In this document: positions 35,946-46,481 of the stretch, one piece after another | How positions within the stretch are numbered: position 1 is the stretch's first letter | Layout of the letters: the number at the start of each line of letters is the position of its first letter | Source of the DNA: Longimicrobiales bacterium | GTDB lineage: Bacteria; Gemmatimonadota; Gemmatimonadetes; Longimicrobiales; Gaopeijiaceae | Direction: 5' to 3' | DNA length: 64,000 nucleotides | Assembly (NCBI GenBank): GCA_041690395.1 | Contig: JAWLHJ010000007.1 | Coordinates: 128,001-192,000, forward strand | The notes under the pieces: generated by a model | The model's database searches: none | What the model was told of the DNA's origin: nothing | Seen by the model: only the letters and a program-made list of their open reading frames with translations | Program-made: the position numbers and the translations under genes

Positions 35946-37342
35946 TGTCCAGGTCCGCGGTCCTCGCTCTCACGGCGCTGATGGCCGGCTGCACGGTCGT
36001 GGGCGCGCCCGCCCCGCTCCCGGCGCCGCCCAGCGCCGAGGCCGTGGGTGGCCGCCCTCCGGCGGGCGTGGAGACCCCGGCGGAGCGGCCCGCGCCGAGG
36101 CCCGTGGCGGAGGCGCCGACGCCTGGGCTCCACACCGGCCTTCGGCCGGTGCGGACGTTCGCGGAGGTCCGTGGCCTGTGGGTCGTGCGCTCGAGCATGA
36201 CGAGCGAGGCCGAGGTCCTGGCCATGGTCGACAACGCGGCTTCGGCCGGCTTCAACACCCTCATCGTCCAGGTGCGCGGGCGCGCCGACGCGTTCTACCG
36301 CTCCTCGCTGGAGCCACGGGCCGAGACGCTCACCGGGCCGGACGGCTTCGACCCGCTCGCGCTGGCCGTGGCGGAGGGGCATCGACGTGGGCTGGCGGTC
36401 CATGCCTGGGTGAACACGCACCTGGTCTGGGGCCCGGCACCGAATCCCCGGAGCCCGGAGCACCTGGTGAACGCGCGGCCCGACTGGCTCGGCGTGCCCC
36501 GCGCGCTCGCAGAGGAGCTCTTCACCCTCGCCCCGAACGATCCCCGCTACGTGGACGCCCTCAGGCGCTACGCGGACCGGAATCGCGGCACGGTCGAGGG
36601 AATCTACACGAGCCCGTCACACCCCGAGGTGCAGGCGCGCGTGCACGAGGTGTGGATGGATCTGCTCGGCCGGTACGACCTGGACGGCATCCACTTCGAC
36701 TACATCCGTTTTCCCTCCGGGGATTTCGACTACTCGCGGGGCGGCCTGGAACGCTTCCGGGCATGGGTGGCGGCCGGGAACAGCGGGGCGGTAGGGGGCG
36801 GCCTGGTGCCGGGATCGGCTGGCGTCCCCGAGCGTTTCTCCACCGCCGGCGAGGCCCTCGCGTTCGTCGATGCCCACCCCCAGGCGTGGGCCGACTTCCG
36901 GCGGGAGCAGATCACCGGGCTCGTGCGCCGCATCTACCACGACGTGAAGGCGCGCCGGCCTGAGGTGGTGGTGTCGGCCGCGGTGATCGCCGACGCCGAC
37001 GACGCGTTCCGGCACCGCTTCCAGGATTGGCCCGGCTGGCTGGCGGAGGGCATCCTCGACATCGCGGTGCCCATGGCGTATACGCCCGACAACGCGCGCT
37101 TCGACCGACAGATCGCCGAGGCCCGGAGCGCCGCGGGCGTCCGGGAGCGCGTCTGGGCCGGAGTGGGGGCCTACCTCAACGGGCTCGAGGGCACCCTCGA
37201 CAAGATCGACCTCGCGCGGGCGCACGGGGCCGGCGGCGTCGTCCTCTTCTCCTACGACTGGGCCGTCGAAACCGCGCCGGGCGAGGACGACGAGCCGTTC
37301 CTCGACCGGGTCGCGCGGGAGCGCTTCCGCCCGGTGCCCTGA
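35942..37342 (+). CDS. GHL10/DUF187 glycoside-hydrolase-like lipoprotein
   Basis: Lipobox MAGC; EVRGLWV, FNTLIVQVRGRADAFY, VHAWVN, YDLDGIHFDYIR and QDW motifs. Confidence 0.88.
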   Translation: MMSRSAVLALTALMAGCTVVGAPAPLPAPPSAEAVGGRPPAGVETPAERPAPRPVAEAPTPGLHTGLRPVRTFAEVRGLWVVRSSMTSEAEVLAMVDNAASAGFNTLIVQVRGRADAFYRSSLEPRAETLTGPDGFDPLALAVAEGHRRGLAVHAWVNTHLVWGPAPNPRSPEHLVNARPDWLGVPRALAEELFTLAPNDPRYVDALRRYADRNRGTVEGIYTSPSHPEVQARVHEVWMDLLGRYDLDGIHFDYIRFPSGDFDYSRGGLERFRAWVAAGNSGAVGGGLVPGSAGVPERFSTAGEALAFVDAHPQAWADFRREQITGLVRRIYHDVKARRPEVVVSAAVIADADDAFRHRFQDWPGWLAEGILDIAVPMAYTPDNARFDRQIAEARSAAGVRERVWAGVGAYLNGLEGTLDKIDLARAHGAGGVVLFSYDWAVETAPGEDDEPFLDRVARERFRPVP

Positions 37343-37400
37343 GAGGGTCTGCGGCTGCACCCCGATTCGGCGGTGCCTCGAGCTCGGCCGCTCAGGCCAC

Positions 37401-39317
37401 TCAGTCCTCCACGCGCGTCCCGGCGAGCTTGAGGAAGACCCACAGCAGCACGACCCCACCTCCCAGCGCGACCCAGATCGGCAACCCGTAGGCCGTGCCG
37501 ATATCCCCGAGGACGATGCCGACGACCCCGACGAGCAGCGCATAGGGCAGCTGCGTGCGGACGTGGTCGATGTGGTCGCACCCCGACGCCATCGACGAGA
37601 GCACCGTGGTGTCGGAGATCGGTGAGCAGTGGTCTCCGAACACCGCCCCGGCGAGGACCGAGCTGATGGACCCGAGCAGGATCGAGTAGTCGGCCGACGT
37701 GCCGAAGCCGGCTTCGTACCCACCCATTGCGACGGTCAGCGGGACCACCAGCGGGAGCAGGATCGCCATGGTGCCCCACGACGTCCCGGTGGCGAACGAC
37801 ATCGCCGCGGCCGTCACGAAGACCACGACGGGGATGAGCTCGAGGGCGAGGCGCTCGTTCAGGAGCTGCGCGAGGTACTGCGAGGTGTTGAGCTCCTCGG
37901 TGACCATCCCGAGCGACCAGGCCAGCACGAGGATCACGATCGCGACGGTCATCGCCCTCATGCCGCTGATCATGGCGTCGACGCCTTCACCGATGGTGAG
38001 GATGCGCTGCGCCGCCGACATCAGGACGGCGACCACGCAACCGGCCAGCGATCCCCAGAGCAGGGTCGCGAACGGATCGGCGGCGCCGAACACGGCGGAG
38101 AGCGAAGCCTCCGGCCCGGCGCTCGCACGGCCGGTCGCGTAGAGCCCGAACAGGACCACCAAGATGACCGTGAACACCGGCACGGCCGCGTTCCACCACC
38201 GGGGCTCGACGCCCGGCTTGGCTTCCATGGCCTCCGACTCCGTGGCGGCGGCCAGCTTCGCGCCCGGACGGAAGAGCCCGCCACCGGACGCGGCCCGCTG
38301 CTCGGCCGCGGCCATGGGGCCGAAGTCGAGCCGGGAGAAGGCGGTGAGCCCGGCGAAGTAGAGGGCAAGGAGCGGGTAGAAGCGGTACGGGATCGTCTCG
38401 ATGAACACCGTGAACGGGTTGGCCGCCAGCAGCGCATCAGCCATGGCCGGGTTCTGCTCAGCGGCGATCCGGAGCCCGTCGGCGATCAGGCTGATCTCGT
38501 AGCCGACCCAGGTCGACAACGGAACGAGCGCGGCCAGCGGGGCGGCGGTCGAATCGACCAGATATGCGAGCTTCTCGCGCGAGATCTTCAGACGGTCGGT
38601 GATGGACCGCATGGTGTTGCCGACGATGAGGGTGTTGGCGTAGTCGTCGAAGAAGATGGCCATGCCGGCGAGCCAGGTGGCGATCTTGCCCCGCCGCCGG
38701 GTGCGGGCGAAGGGCGTGGCCGCCTCGACGATGCCCAGCGTCCCGCCGTTCCTCGACACGATGCCGACCATGCCGCCGAGGAGGAGCGAGAAGACCACGA
38801 TCTGCGGGTGGCCGCCGTCGAGATCACCGAGGGTGGGCACCACGAACCGGTCGATGACCCGCCAGAGCCCGGCCAGCGGATTCCATCCGGAGATGGCCCA
38901 CGCTCCGACCCACACGCCGACGAAGAGCGCCGCCACCGCCTCCCGCAGGATGAGCGCCAAGGCGATGGCGATGAGCGGCGGAATGATCGAGAACCAGGCC
39001 GGCGTGAGGACGGGATCGACGGCGAGGGTCGCCTCGCCGATCAAGACGCTCAGGGGCAGGTCGCCCGCGTCGGACACCACGAGCCCTTCGACGGCGGTCT
39101 CGCCGGATGCAACACCCTGAGCCACCACGGCCCCGGCGTTCGTGCGCACCTGATAGGGTAGCTCGGTCTCGGAGCTCACCGTCACGGTGAAGGGGATTCC
39201 CGAGAGGACGAGGTCGGGCGCGTCCGTGACGGCCTGGGCTCCGGCGGCCGCGGGGCGCGCGACGGCCGGGACGAGGAGGATGAGCGCCAGGAGCCAGCAC
39301 GTCCGGGACAGTCGCAT
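37401..39317 (-). CDS. Na+/H+ antiporter NhaC-family protein with an N-terminal exported domain
   Basis: IFFDDYAN, SREKLAYLVDSTAAP, FATGTSWGT and GDHCSPISDTT. Confidence 0.92.
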   Translation of the reverse strand: MRLSRTCWLLALILLVPAVARPAAAGAQAVTDAPDLVLSGIPFTVTVSSETELPYQVRTNAGAVVAQGVASGETAVEGLVVSDAGDLPLSVLIGEATLAVDPVLTPAWFSIIPPLIAIALALILREAVAALFVGVWVGAWAISGWNPLAGLWRVIDRFVVPTLGDLDGGHPQIVVFSLLLGGMVGIVSRNGGTLGIVEAATPFARTRRRGKIATWLAGMAIFFDDYANTLIVGNTMRSITDRLKISREKLAYLVDSTAAPLAALVPLSTWVGYEISLIADGLRIAAEQNPAMADALLAANPFTVFIETIPYRFYPLLALYFAGLTAFSRLDFGPMAAAEQRAASGGGLFRPGAKLAAATESEAMEAKPGVEPRWWNAAVPVFTVILVVLFGLYATGRASAGPEASLSAVFGAADPFATLLWGSLAGCVVAVLMSAAQRILTIGEGVDAMISGMRAMTVAIVILVLAWSLGMVTEELNTSQYLAQLLNERLALELIPVVVFVTAAAMSFATGTSWGTMAILLPLVVPLTVAMGGYEAGFGTSADYSILLGSISSVLAGAVFGDHCSPISDTTVLSSMASGCDHIDHVRTQLPYALLVGVVGIVLGDIGTAYGLPIWVALGGGVVLLWVFLKLAGTRVED

Positions 39318-39412
39318 GGGCGGGGTCGGTCGTGGGGAAGGGTGGGTGCGCGAATCCGCGCAATCATGGGGCGGGCCGCGCGCCGTTACAACCCCGGCCC
39401 CGGTCGGCCGCG

Positions 39413-39441
39413 TTGACCCGCCGCCCCCGAATCCCGAACTT
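39413..39441 (+). promoter_or_regulatory. Putative sigma70 promoter of the pyr operon
   Basis: TTGACC, 17-bp spacer, GAACTT, about 40 bp before pyrR. Confidence 0.4.
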
Positions 39442-39478
39442 TCCGCCGCTTCGCACGCGCCCCCGACGGATGCTGCCG

Positions 39479-40039
39479 ATGACCGAAGAAAAGCGGACCC
39501 ACCTGATGGATGAGGCCGACGTCCGGCGCGCGGTCGCGCGCATGGCCCGAGAGATCGTGGAGCGCGACGGCGGCACGGAGTCTCTCGTGCTCATGGGCAT
39601 CCACCGGCGCGGGACCGACATCGCCGACTGGATCGCGGACGAGATCGAGACGGCGGAGGGGACGCGGCCGCCTCAGGGCTCCATCGACATCAGCCTCTAC
39701 CGCGACGACCTCGCCGAGATCGGGCCCCGCCCGGTGGTCGGCGGCTCGGAGCTACCACTCGAGGGGATCGAGGACCACACGGTGGTCCTCATCGACGACG
39801 TGGCCTATACCGGGCGCACCGTGCGCGCCGCGCTGAACGAGCTGAGCGACTGGGGGCGCCCGCGCCGCGTGCTCTTCTGCGTGCTGGTCGACCGGGGCGG
39901 CCGGGAGCTTCCCATCCAGCCCGACATCGTGGGGCGGACGTTCCAGGTGCTCCCGCACCAACGGGTCGAAGTCCTGGTACCGGACATCGACGGCGCCATC
40001 GGGGTGGACCTGCTCGACTCGGAGGCCGCCGCTACGTGA
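39479..40039 (+). CDS. pyrR: PyrR bifunctional regulator/uracil phosphoribosyltransferase
   Basis: [26 protein letters not shown] and [14 protein letters not shown]. Start 39470 or 39479. Confidence 0.93.
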   Translation: MTEEKRTHLMDEADVRRAVARMAREIVERDGGTESLVLMGIHRRGTDIADWIADEIETAEGTRPPQGSIDISLYRDDLAEIGPRPVVGGSELPLEGIEDHTVVLIDDVAYTGRTVRAALNELSDWGRPRRVLFCVLVDRGGRELPIQPDIVGRTFQVLPHQRVEVLVPDIDGAIGVDLLDSEAAAT

Positions 40040-41007
40040 GCGAGCCTACCGTGTCCCTCGGCAAAGACCTGATCGGCCTCGAGGACCTGTCCCGCGAAGA
40101 TATCCTGGGGATCCTCGACACGGCGGAGCCGTTCAAGGAGATCTCCGAGCGGCGCATCAAGAAGGTACCGGTGCTCCGTGGGAAGACGATCGTGAACCTC
40201 TTCTTCGAGGCGTCGACCCGGACGCGCATCTCGTTCGAGTTCGCGGAGAAGCGGTTGAGCGCCGACACGGTGAACATCTCCGAGACCGGCTCGTCGGTCG
40301 TGAAGGGCGAGACGCTGGTCGACACCGCGCGGAACCTGGAAGCCATGCGCATCGACATGGTGGTCATGCGGCACGGGGCCTCGGGCGCGGCGCGCTTCCT
40401 GGCGGACCGCATCCCCTCGAACGTCGTGAACGCGGGCGACGGGCGGCACGAGCACCCGACCCAGGCGCTCCTCGACCTGCTGACGATCCGCGACCACCGG
40501 GGACCGATCGACGGCCTCAAGGTGTGTATCGTGGGCGACATCCTGCACTCGCGGGTGGCGCGCTCGAACATCTACGGGCTCCAGAAGCTCGGGGCCCAGG
40601 TCGCGGTGTGTGGCCCGCCGACCCTCATGCCCATCGCGCCGCGCGAGCTCGGGGTCGAGGTGTTCACCCGGATCGAGGAGGCGATCGAGTGGGCGGACGT
40701 GCTGAACGTGCTCCGCCTGCAGCTCGAGCGCATGAAGGGCGGCTACGTGCCCAGCCTCCGCGAGTACAACCGGATCTGGGGTGTCTCGAGCGCCCGCCTG
40801 GAGGCGGCCGAGCGGGACATCCTGGTCCTACATCCGGGCCCGATGAACCGGGGCGTCGAGATCGATTCCGACGTCGCCGACGGGCCCCATTCCGTGATCC
40901 TCAATCAGGTCACCAACGGTGTGGCCGTGCGCATGGCCGTGCTCTATCTGCTGGCGGGTGGCCGTCCGGAGAAGGCCGAAGCCGCCAAACAGGGAGCCGA
41001 CGCATGA
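40036..41007 (+). CDS. pyrB: Aspartate carbamoyltransferase
   Basis: [23 protein letters not shown] and HPGPMNRG. Confidence 0.97.
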   Translation: MSEPTVSLGKDLIGLEDLSREDILGILDTAEPFKEISERRIKKVPVLRGKTIVNLFFEASTRTRISFEFAEKRLSADTVNISETGSSVVKGETLVDTARNLEAMRIDMVVMRHGASGAARFLADRIPSNVVNAGDGRHEHPTQALLDLLTIRDHRGPIDGLKVCIVGDILHSRVARSNIYGLQKLGAQVAVCGPPTLMPIAPRELGVEVFTRIEEAIEWADVLNVLRLQLERMKGGYVPSLREYNRIWGVSSARLEAAERDILVLHPGPMNRGVEIDSDVADGPHSVILNQVTNGVAVRMAVLYLLAGGRPEKAEAAKQGADA

Positions 41008-42287
41008 GTGGGAAGACGTTGCTGAAGGGCGGCCGCGTGGTCGACCCGAGCCAGAAGCTCGACCGGGTCGCCGACGTGCTGCTCGAGGACGGGAAGGTCG
41101 CGGCGATCGGGGGAGACGCCGCGTCGGCCGAAGGCGCCGAGGTGGTCGACTGCGCCGGCCTCGTCGTCACGCCGGGGCTCATCGACGTGCACGTGCACCT
41201 CCGTGAGCCGGGCGAGGAGCACAAGGAAACCATCGCCACCGGCGCGGCTTCGGCCGCGGCGGGCGGCTTCACGGCCGTGTGCGCCATGCCGAACACCGAT
41301 CCGCCCATCGACGATCCGGCGGGCGTGGGCTTCGTGATCGCCCAGGGCCGCAAGGCGGGTAAGGCGCGCGTGTATCCGGTCGGCTGCATCTCGGTCGGCC
41401 GGGCCGGGGAGCGCCTCGCGCTCGTCGGGGAGATGGTCGAGGCCGGAGCGGTCGCCATCACCGACGACGGCAGCCCCGTGATGGACTCCGGCCTCATGCG
41501 CATGGCGCTCGAGTACGCGAAGGGATTCGGGATTCCCGTCGCGGACCACCCCGAGGATGTCGGGCTGTCACGCGACGGACACATGAACGAGGGGATCGTC
41601 TCCACGCGGCTCGGCCTCGGCGGCAAGCCGAACGCGTCCGAGGACATCCACATCGTGCGGGACCTGCTGCTCGCCGAGCTGACGGGCGGGCACATCCACC
41701 TCCAGCACGTCTCGACGCGCTTCGGGGTGGAGTCGATCCGTCAGGCGAAGGCACGAGGCGTGCACGTCACCGCCGAGGCGACGCCGCACCACCTGGTGCT
41801 CACGCACGAAGCCGTCGAGGGGTACCGCACCGAGGCGAAGATGAACCCGCCCCTCCGGACCGAGGAGGACGTGGCCGCAGTACGAGCCGGCCTCGCGGAC
41901 GGCACGCTGGACACGCTCGCCACCGACCACGCCCCGCACCACTACGACGAGAAGGAGGCGGCGTTCGCGGACGCCCCGAACGGCATCGTCGGGTTGGAGA
42001 CCTCGCTGGGTATCGTGCTGACGCGCGTGGTGGGCGAGGGCGTGATCGACCTCCCGACCATGGTGGACCGGATGAGCTGTCAGCCGGCGCGGGTGTTCAA
42101 GCTGCCCGGCGGCACCCTCGCGCCCGGGAGCGTCGCCGACGTGACGGTCTTCGATCCGGAGGCCGTGTGGACCGTCGATCCGAAGGCGTTCGTCTCCAAG
42201 AGCCGGAACACGCCCTTCGCGGGCTGGGAGCTGAAGGGCCGGCCGGTGCGGACCATCGTCGGCGGAAAGACTGTCTGGTCACGCTGA
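41004..42287 (+). CDS. pyrC: Dihydroorotase
   Basis: [23 protein letters not shown] and ATDHAPH. Confidence 0.95.
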   Translation: MSGKTLLKGGRVVDPSQKLDRVADVLLEDGKVAAIGGDAASAEGAEVVDCAGLVVTPGLIDVHVHLREPGEEHKETIATGAASAAAGGFTAVCAMPNTDPPIDDPAGVGFVIAQGRKAGKARVYPVGCISVGRAGERLALVGEMVEAGAVAITDDGSPVMDSGLMRMALEYAKGFGIPVADHPEDVGLSRDGHMNEGIVSTRLGLGGKPNASEDIHIVRDLLLAELTGGHIHLQHVSTRFGVESIRQAKARGVHVTAEATPHHLVLTHEAVEGYRTEAKMNPPLRTEEDVAAVRAGLADGTLDTLATDHAPHHYDEKEAAFADAPNGIVGLETSLGIVLTRVVGEGVIDLPTMVDRMSCQPARVFKLPGGTLAPGSVADVTVFDPEAVWTVDPKAFVSKSRNTPFAGWELKGRPVRTIVGGKTVWSR

Positions 42288-42317
42288 GGAGTGGGCACAC
42301 GAAAGGTGCGGGTACAC

Positions 42318-42356
42318 GAAAGACCCGGGCGGCCGTGCGGCGGCCCGGGTCTCTTC
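42318..42356. terminator. Probable bidirectional intrinsic terminator between pyrC and rpsT
   Basis: AGACCCGGGC (42321-42330) / GCCCGGGTCT (42343-42352) stem with A-rich left and T-rich right flanks. Confidence 0.7.
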
Positions 42357-42380
42357 GTTCGCGCTTGTGGGGCTGGCTTG

Positions 42381-42638
42381 CTAGGCGCCCAGCGTGTTCA
42401 CGTGACGCGCCAGCTGGCTCTTGATCCTGGCCACCCGGTTCGGATGGAAGAGCCGTCGGTTCGCGGCACGGTCGAGCAGGGCGACGGCGTCCGTGAGGTG
42501 CGTCGTGCCTTCCTCGGGGGAGCCGGCCTGACGGACCCGCTTGATCGCGGTCCGGATGCGCGCACGCTCGGCACGGTTCTTCTGCCGCGCCTGGGCGCTG
42601 AGATTCATGCGCTTCTTAGCGCTCTTGATGTTCGGCAT
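42381..42638 (-). CDS. rpsT: 30S ribosomal protein S20
   Basis: MPNIKSAKKRM...HPNRVARIKSQL. Confidence 0.95.
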   Translation of the reverse strand: MPNIKSAKKRMNLSAQARQKNRAERARIRTAIKRVRQAGSPEEGTTHLTDAVALLDRAANRRLFHPNRVARIKSQLARHVNTLGA

Positions 42639-42754
42639 GGGTCGCTCGTGGAGCGGTTTTTCGACAACTTGTGAGCCACCAAAGCTAGATCCGACCGCCC
42701 GTGCGATCAACCGTCCGTCCGCCATCACCCCACCAGAGGGACCCGCTGAACCGA

Positions 42755-43411
42755 ATGGAAGCCTTCGTTCTCGTTGCCGTTCTGCTGTTTTCCATCGTCG
42801 TCCACGAGGTGGCGCACGCGTGGCAAGCGCGGAGGGAAGGGGACGACCTGGCCGAGCGGCTCGGGCGGATCACGCTGAACCCCCTCCCGCATCTCGACCC
42901 GGTGGGCTCGGTCATCGTGCCGCTCGTGCTGCATTTCTCCGGCGCGGGGATCCTGTTCGGTTGGGCGAAGCCCGTGCCGGTCGACCCCTCCCGCTACCGG
43001 AGCCCGGTGTGGGGCGACGTCCGGGTATCTCTGGCGGGCATCGTCTCGAACTTCGGGTTGGCGGCGCTGGCGGTGGTCGGGGCCATCGTCATTCTCAAGG
43101 CCGAGGCGCTGGTCGGAGGCTCGTTCGGCACCCCGGGCGACCTCGCGCTCCTCGCCATGGAGTACGGCATCGTCATTAACCTCTTGCTGGCGTTCTTCAA
43201 CCTGATCCCGATCCCTCCGCTCGACGGCTCACACGTCGTCTTCCACATCCTCCCCGAGAGCGTGCGGTACAGGTACCAGGAGCTCGGCCGCTACGGCCTC
43301 CTGATCATGATGGGGCTGCTCTTCCTGCTGCCCGGGGCGTTCCGGCTCCTCCTCTGGCCCGTGTTCTACTTCCAGGGGCTGGCCGACAGCTTCATACGCC
43401 TGTGGATCTGA
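42755..43411 (+). CDS. Site-2 protease (M50 family)
   Basis: HEVAH, FGWAKPVPV and FNLIPIPPLDG. Confidence 0.93.
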   Translation: MEAFVLVAVLLFSIVVHEVAHAWQARREGDDLAERLGRITLNPLPHLDPVGSVIVPLVLHFSGAGILFGWAKPVPVDPSRYRSPVWGDVRVSLAGIVSNFGLAALAVVGAIVILKAEALVGGSFGTPGDLALLAMEYGIVINLLLAFFNLIPIPPLDGSHVVFHILPESVRYRYQELGRYGLLIMMGLLFLLPGAFRLLLWPVFYFQGLADSFIRLWI

Positions 43412-44229
43412 CCCTCACGCACGACGCGCCCGAGCGCGACGGCTTCTTCCTCGTGGAGATCGAGCGGTTCCAGGGACCGCTCGACCTGCTCCTGCACTTG
43501 ATCCGGACGCAGGATATCGACGTCCTCGACATCCCCATCCACAAGATCACGGACCAGTTCCTCCAGGCGATCCGTGGGCTGGCGGCGAGTGATCTCGACG
43601 GCGCGGGGGAGTTTCTGGAGATGGCCGCGACCCTCGTCCGCATCAAGGCGCAGATGCTGCTGCCGCGCCCGATGGAAGACGACGACGAGGATCCGCGGGC
43701 GGAGCTCGTGCGGCGCCTGCTGGAGTACGAGCAGATCCGCGAGGTCACCGACCGGATGCGCGTGGCCGAGGCGGAGCGCGGCCGGCGGTTCCGGAAGGGG
43801 TACGTGCCGGTTCGCCGCAAGCGTCCCGCGGTCGAGGAGCCCCTGGAGACGACCTGGGACGAGGTGTACGACGCCGCGCTCGCCGTGCAGGTGCCCGAGC
43901 CCAGGGACCGGCGCCACCGCGTGACGCCGCGCACCGTCTCGATGGAGGAGAAGGCGGTGCTGATCATGGAGGCGCTGAAGACCGGGACCCGCGTCGAGTT
44001 CAAGAAGCTCGTGGGCGGCTTCCAGGAGCGCATGCACGGGGTCATGACGCTGCTGGCCGGGCTCGAGCTCACCCGACGCCGGCTCCTGCTGCTCCGTCAA
44101 ACCCGGCCGTTCGCCGACCTCTGGATCTACCGACGTGAAGACACCGACTACGACAACGTGACGATCACGGGCCCGGCGGAGGACGCCGACGAGATCGCGA
44201 CGGAGACCGACGAAGGAGCCGAGGCGTGA
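43402..44229 (+). CDS. scpA: Segregation and condensation protein A
   Basis: FQGPLDLLLHLI, GEFLEMAATLVRIKAQMLLP and LVRRLLEY. Confidence 0.93.
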   Translation: MDLTLTHDAPERDGFFLVEIERFQGPLDLLLHLIRTQDIDVLDIPIHKITDQFLQAIRGLAASDLDGAGEFLEMAATLVRIKAQMLLPRPMEDDDEDPRAELVRRLLEYEQIREVTDRMRVAEAERGRRFRKGYVPVRRKRPAVEEPLETTWDEVYDAALAVQVPEPRDRRHRVTPRTVSMEEKAVLIMEALKTGTRVEFKKLVGGFQERMHGVMTLLAGLELTRRRLLLLRQTRPFADLWIYRREDTDYDNVTITGPAEDADEIATETDEGAEA

Positions 44230-44972
44230 ACGCCCAACAGATCGTGGAAGCCGTACTGTTCGCCTCCGACGCGCCGCTCACCGCGGACGAGATCGCCCGC
44301 GCGGACGAGACGCTCGACGAGGACAAGGTCGAGGAGGCGCTCCAGGCGCTCCGGGCCGAGTACGACGACGCCCACCGCGCCTTCGAGGTCGTCGAGGTCG
44401 CCGAGGGGTACCAGATCCTCACGCGGCCCGAGTTCGCGACGTATCTGGAGCGCTTCGACAACGTGCCACGGCCGTCGCGCCTGTCCGGCCCGGCGCTCGA
44501 GACGCTGGCGATCATCGCGTACCGTCAGCCGCTCGGGCGACTCGAGGTCGAGTACATCCGGGGGGTCGGCGCGAGCGGTGTGATCCGCACGCTCCAGGAG
44601 CGCGGCCTGATCGACGTGGTGGGGCGTGGCGAGGGGCTCGGGCGTCCGCTGTTGTACGGCACGACCCAGCAGTTCCTCGAGCACTTCGGCTTCCGCTCGC
44701 TCGAAGACCTGCCTCGGCCCGAGGAGCTGCCCATCGTGCTGCGCGACCGGATCCCGCTCGGGATCGACGACGGGGAGGATGCTGGCAGCGACGACGCCGA
44801 GGCGACCGCCGGAGAGGTGCACAACGAGGGACCCTCGGAGGCTGCCATCGAGCGGTGGGAGGGCGAGGGAGGGGAGACCGATGGCGAGGAGTCCGCCGCC
44901 ACGGAGGCCGCGGCTGAGGAGCCCGAGGAAGGAGACGACCCGGCCTCGACGGACGACGAGGACCCGCGGTGA
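44226..44972 (+). CDS. scpB: SMC-Scp complex subunit ScpB
   Basis: VEAVLFAS, ALETLAIIAYRQP and GRPLLYGTTQQFLEHFG; acidic tail. Confidence 0.95.
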   Translation: MNAQQIVEAVLFASDAPLTADEIARADETLDEDKVEEALQALRAEYDDAHRAFEVVEVAEGYQILTRPEFATYLERFDNVPRPSRLSGPALETLAIIAYRQPLGRLEVEYIRGVGASGVIRTLQERGLIDVVGRGEGLGRPLLYGTTQQFLEHFGFRSLEDLPRPEELPIVLRDRIPLGIDDGEDAGSDDAEATAGEVHNEGPSEAAIERWEGEGGETDGEESAATEAAAEEPEEGDDPASTDDEDPR

Positions 44973-45694
44973 GCGAAGAGATGCGGGTCCAGAAGTACCT
45001 CTCCCAGGCCGGCCGGGCGTCGCGCCGCGAGGCCGAACGCCTCATGCAACAGGGGCGGGTGAAGGTCAACGGCGAGATCACCCTCGAGCTCGGCACGAAA
45101 ATCGATCCCGAGCGGGACCGCGTGGAGGTCGACGGGGAGCTCGTGACGCCCGAGCCGACCCGTTGGATCCTCTTCCACAAGCCGCCAGGGGTGCTCACCA
45201 CGCGGAGCGATCCGCACGGCGGGCGGACCGTCTACGACGAGCTGCCGGAGGAACTGTCCGGGCTGAGCTACGTGGGCCGGCTCGACAAGGACGCCGAGGG
45301 ACTGCTCCTTCTGACCAACGACGGAGACCTGGCGAACCGGATCCAGCATCCGAGCGGCGAGGTCGAGCGCGAGTACTGGATCGAGGCGTCCGGTGTGGTC
45401 GGTCGACCGGTGGTCGAGGCGCTCACCAGGGGCGTGGAGCTCGAGGACGGCGTGGCGCGCGCGGTTCGGGCGCGGGTCCTGGACGCCGGCCCGATCGTGT
45501 CGCACCTGATCCTCGTTCTGACCGAAGGCCGGAAGCGCGAGGTCCGGCGCATGATGAGCGAGGTCGGGCATCCCGTCCTGAAGCTGCGGCGGCTACGCTA
45601 CGGCACGGTGCGGCTCGGCGATCTCCCTCGCGGCGGCTGGCGCCCGCTGACCAAGGCCGAGGTGCAGGGGCTCAGGAAAGCCGTCCGCGGCTGA
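44969..45694 (+). CDS. rluB: RsuA/RluB-family pseudouridine synthase
   Basis: S4 domain start, VGRLDKDAEGLLLLTNDG and EGRKREVRRM; follows scpAB. Confidence 0.85.
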   Translation: MSEEMRVQKYLSQAGRASRREAERLMQQGRVKVNGEITLELGTKIDPERDRVEVDGELVTPEPTRWILFHKPPGVLTTRSDPHGGRTVYDELPEELSGLSYVGRLDKDAEGLLLLTNDGDLANRIQHPSGEVEREYWIEASGVVGRPVVEALTRGVELEDGVARAVRARVLDAGPIVSHLILVLTEGRKREVRRMMSEVGHPVLKLRRLRYGTVRLGDLPRGGWRPLTKAEVQGLRKAVRG

Positions 45695-45734
45695 AGGCGG
45701 GTACCGCGAGGTCTCGCGGGACGGCCCCGCGGCG

Positions 45735-46280
45735 TCAGCGACCCCCGGCCCGATACTCCTCGCTGAACGACTCGATCAACCGCTCCCACTGCGGCTGTTC
45801 GGCCGGATCCCAGACGGCATCGAGCGTGGCGCGCGCCTCGGATTCCGGGACGTCCTCGACGAGCGTCCTGTAGAGGTACATGAACGCGGACGCCCGCATG
45901 TTGGCGAAGCAGTGGACGAAGATCTTCCGGTCCCGGTTCGCTTCCATGACCGCGAAGAACTTCCGTACGTCGTCGTGCTTCGGCTCCGCCCAGTCCACGG
46001 GGATGTGCACGTAGGTGAGGCCCTCCTGCGCGACGTGGAAGCCCTCCTGGCCATTCCGCTCCTCGTCGGCGATCGCCAGGTTGACCACGACCTCGTACCC
46101 ACGCTCCCGGATCAGGGGCACCTGGTCGTAGGCGATCTGGCCGGCCGACGCGAGCCGGTCGTCGACGACCTGGAAGTTGCGGACGCTCTCGAGCGGGGCG
46201 GGAGCCGGCTGTGCGTGCCCGTCGGACGTCAGGGCGAGGCTCATGATCAGGGCGGGGAGGAGCGGGAGGAGTCTGGCCAT
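45735..46280 (-). CDS. Secreted DUF442/PTP-fold phosphatase-like protein
   Basis: Signal peptide, VVNLA, YVHIPVDW and IFVHCFANMRAS (HCX5R). Confidence 0.8.
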   Translation of the reverse strand: MARLLPLLPALIMSLALTSDGHAQPAPAPLESVRNFQVVDDRLASAGQIAYDQVPLIRERGYEVVVNLAIADEERNGQEGFHVAQEGLTYVHIPVDWAEPKHDDVRKFFAVMEANRDRKIFVHCFANMRASAFMYLYRTLVEDVPESEARATLDAVWDPAEQPQWERLIESFSEEYRAGGR

Positions 46281-46481
46281 GGTCCGGATGGGGTCGGAGG
46301 AACAGGCCGGCCGCACGGCGACCGACCTGTTCAGGACCCCGCCACCGGCGGCCGGGTTCCTCGACGCGAACGGCCGGCCGGGGTGGCCGACGGGCGCCTC
46401 GTCGCTCATCTTGCCGCGATCAAGGCCCGCTGTCGGGCCATCACGGACGTGCCACGAGGCACCGCAGGGAGAACGACCAAG

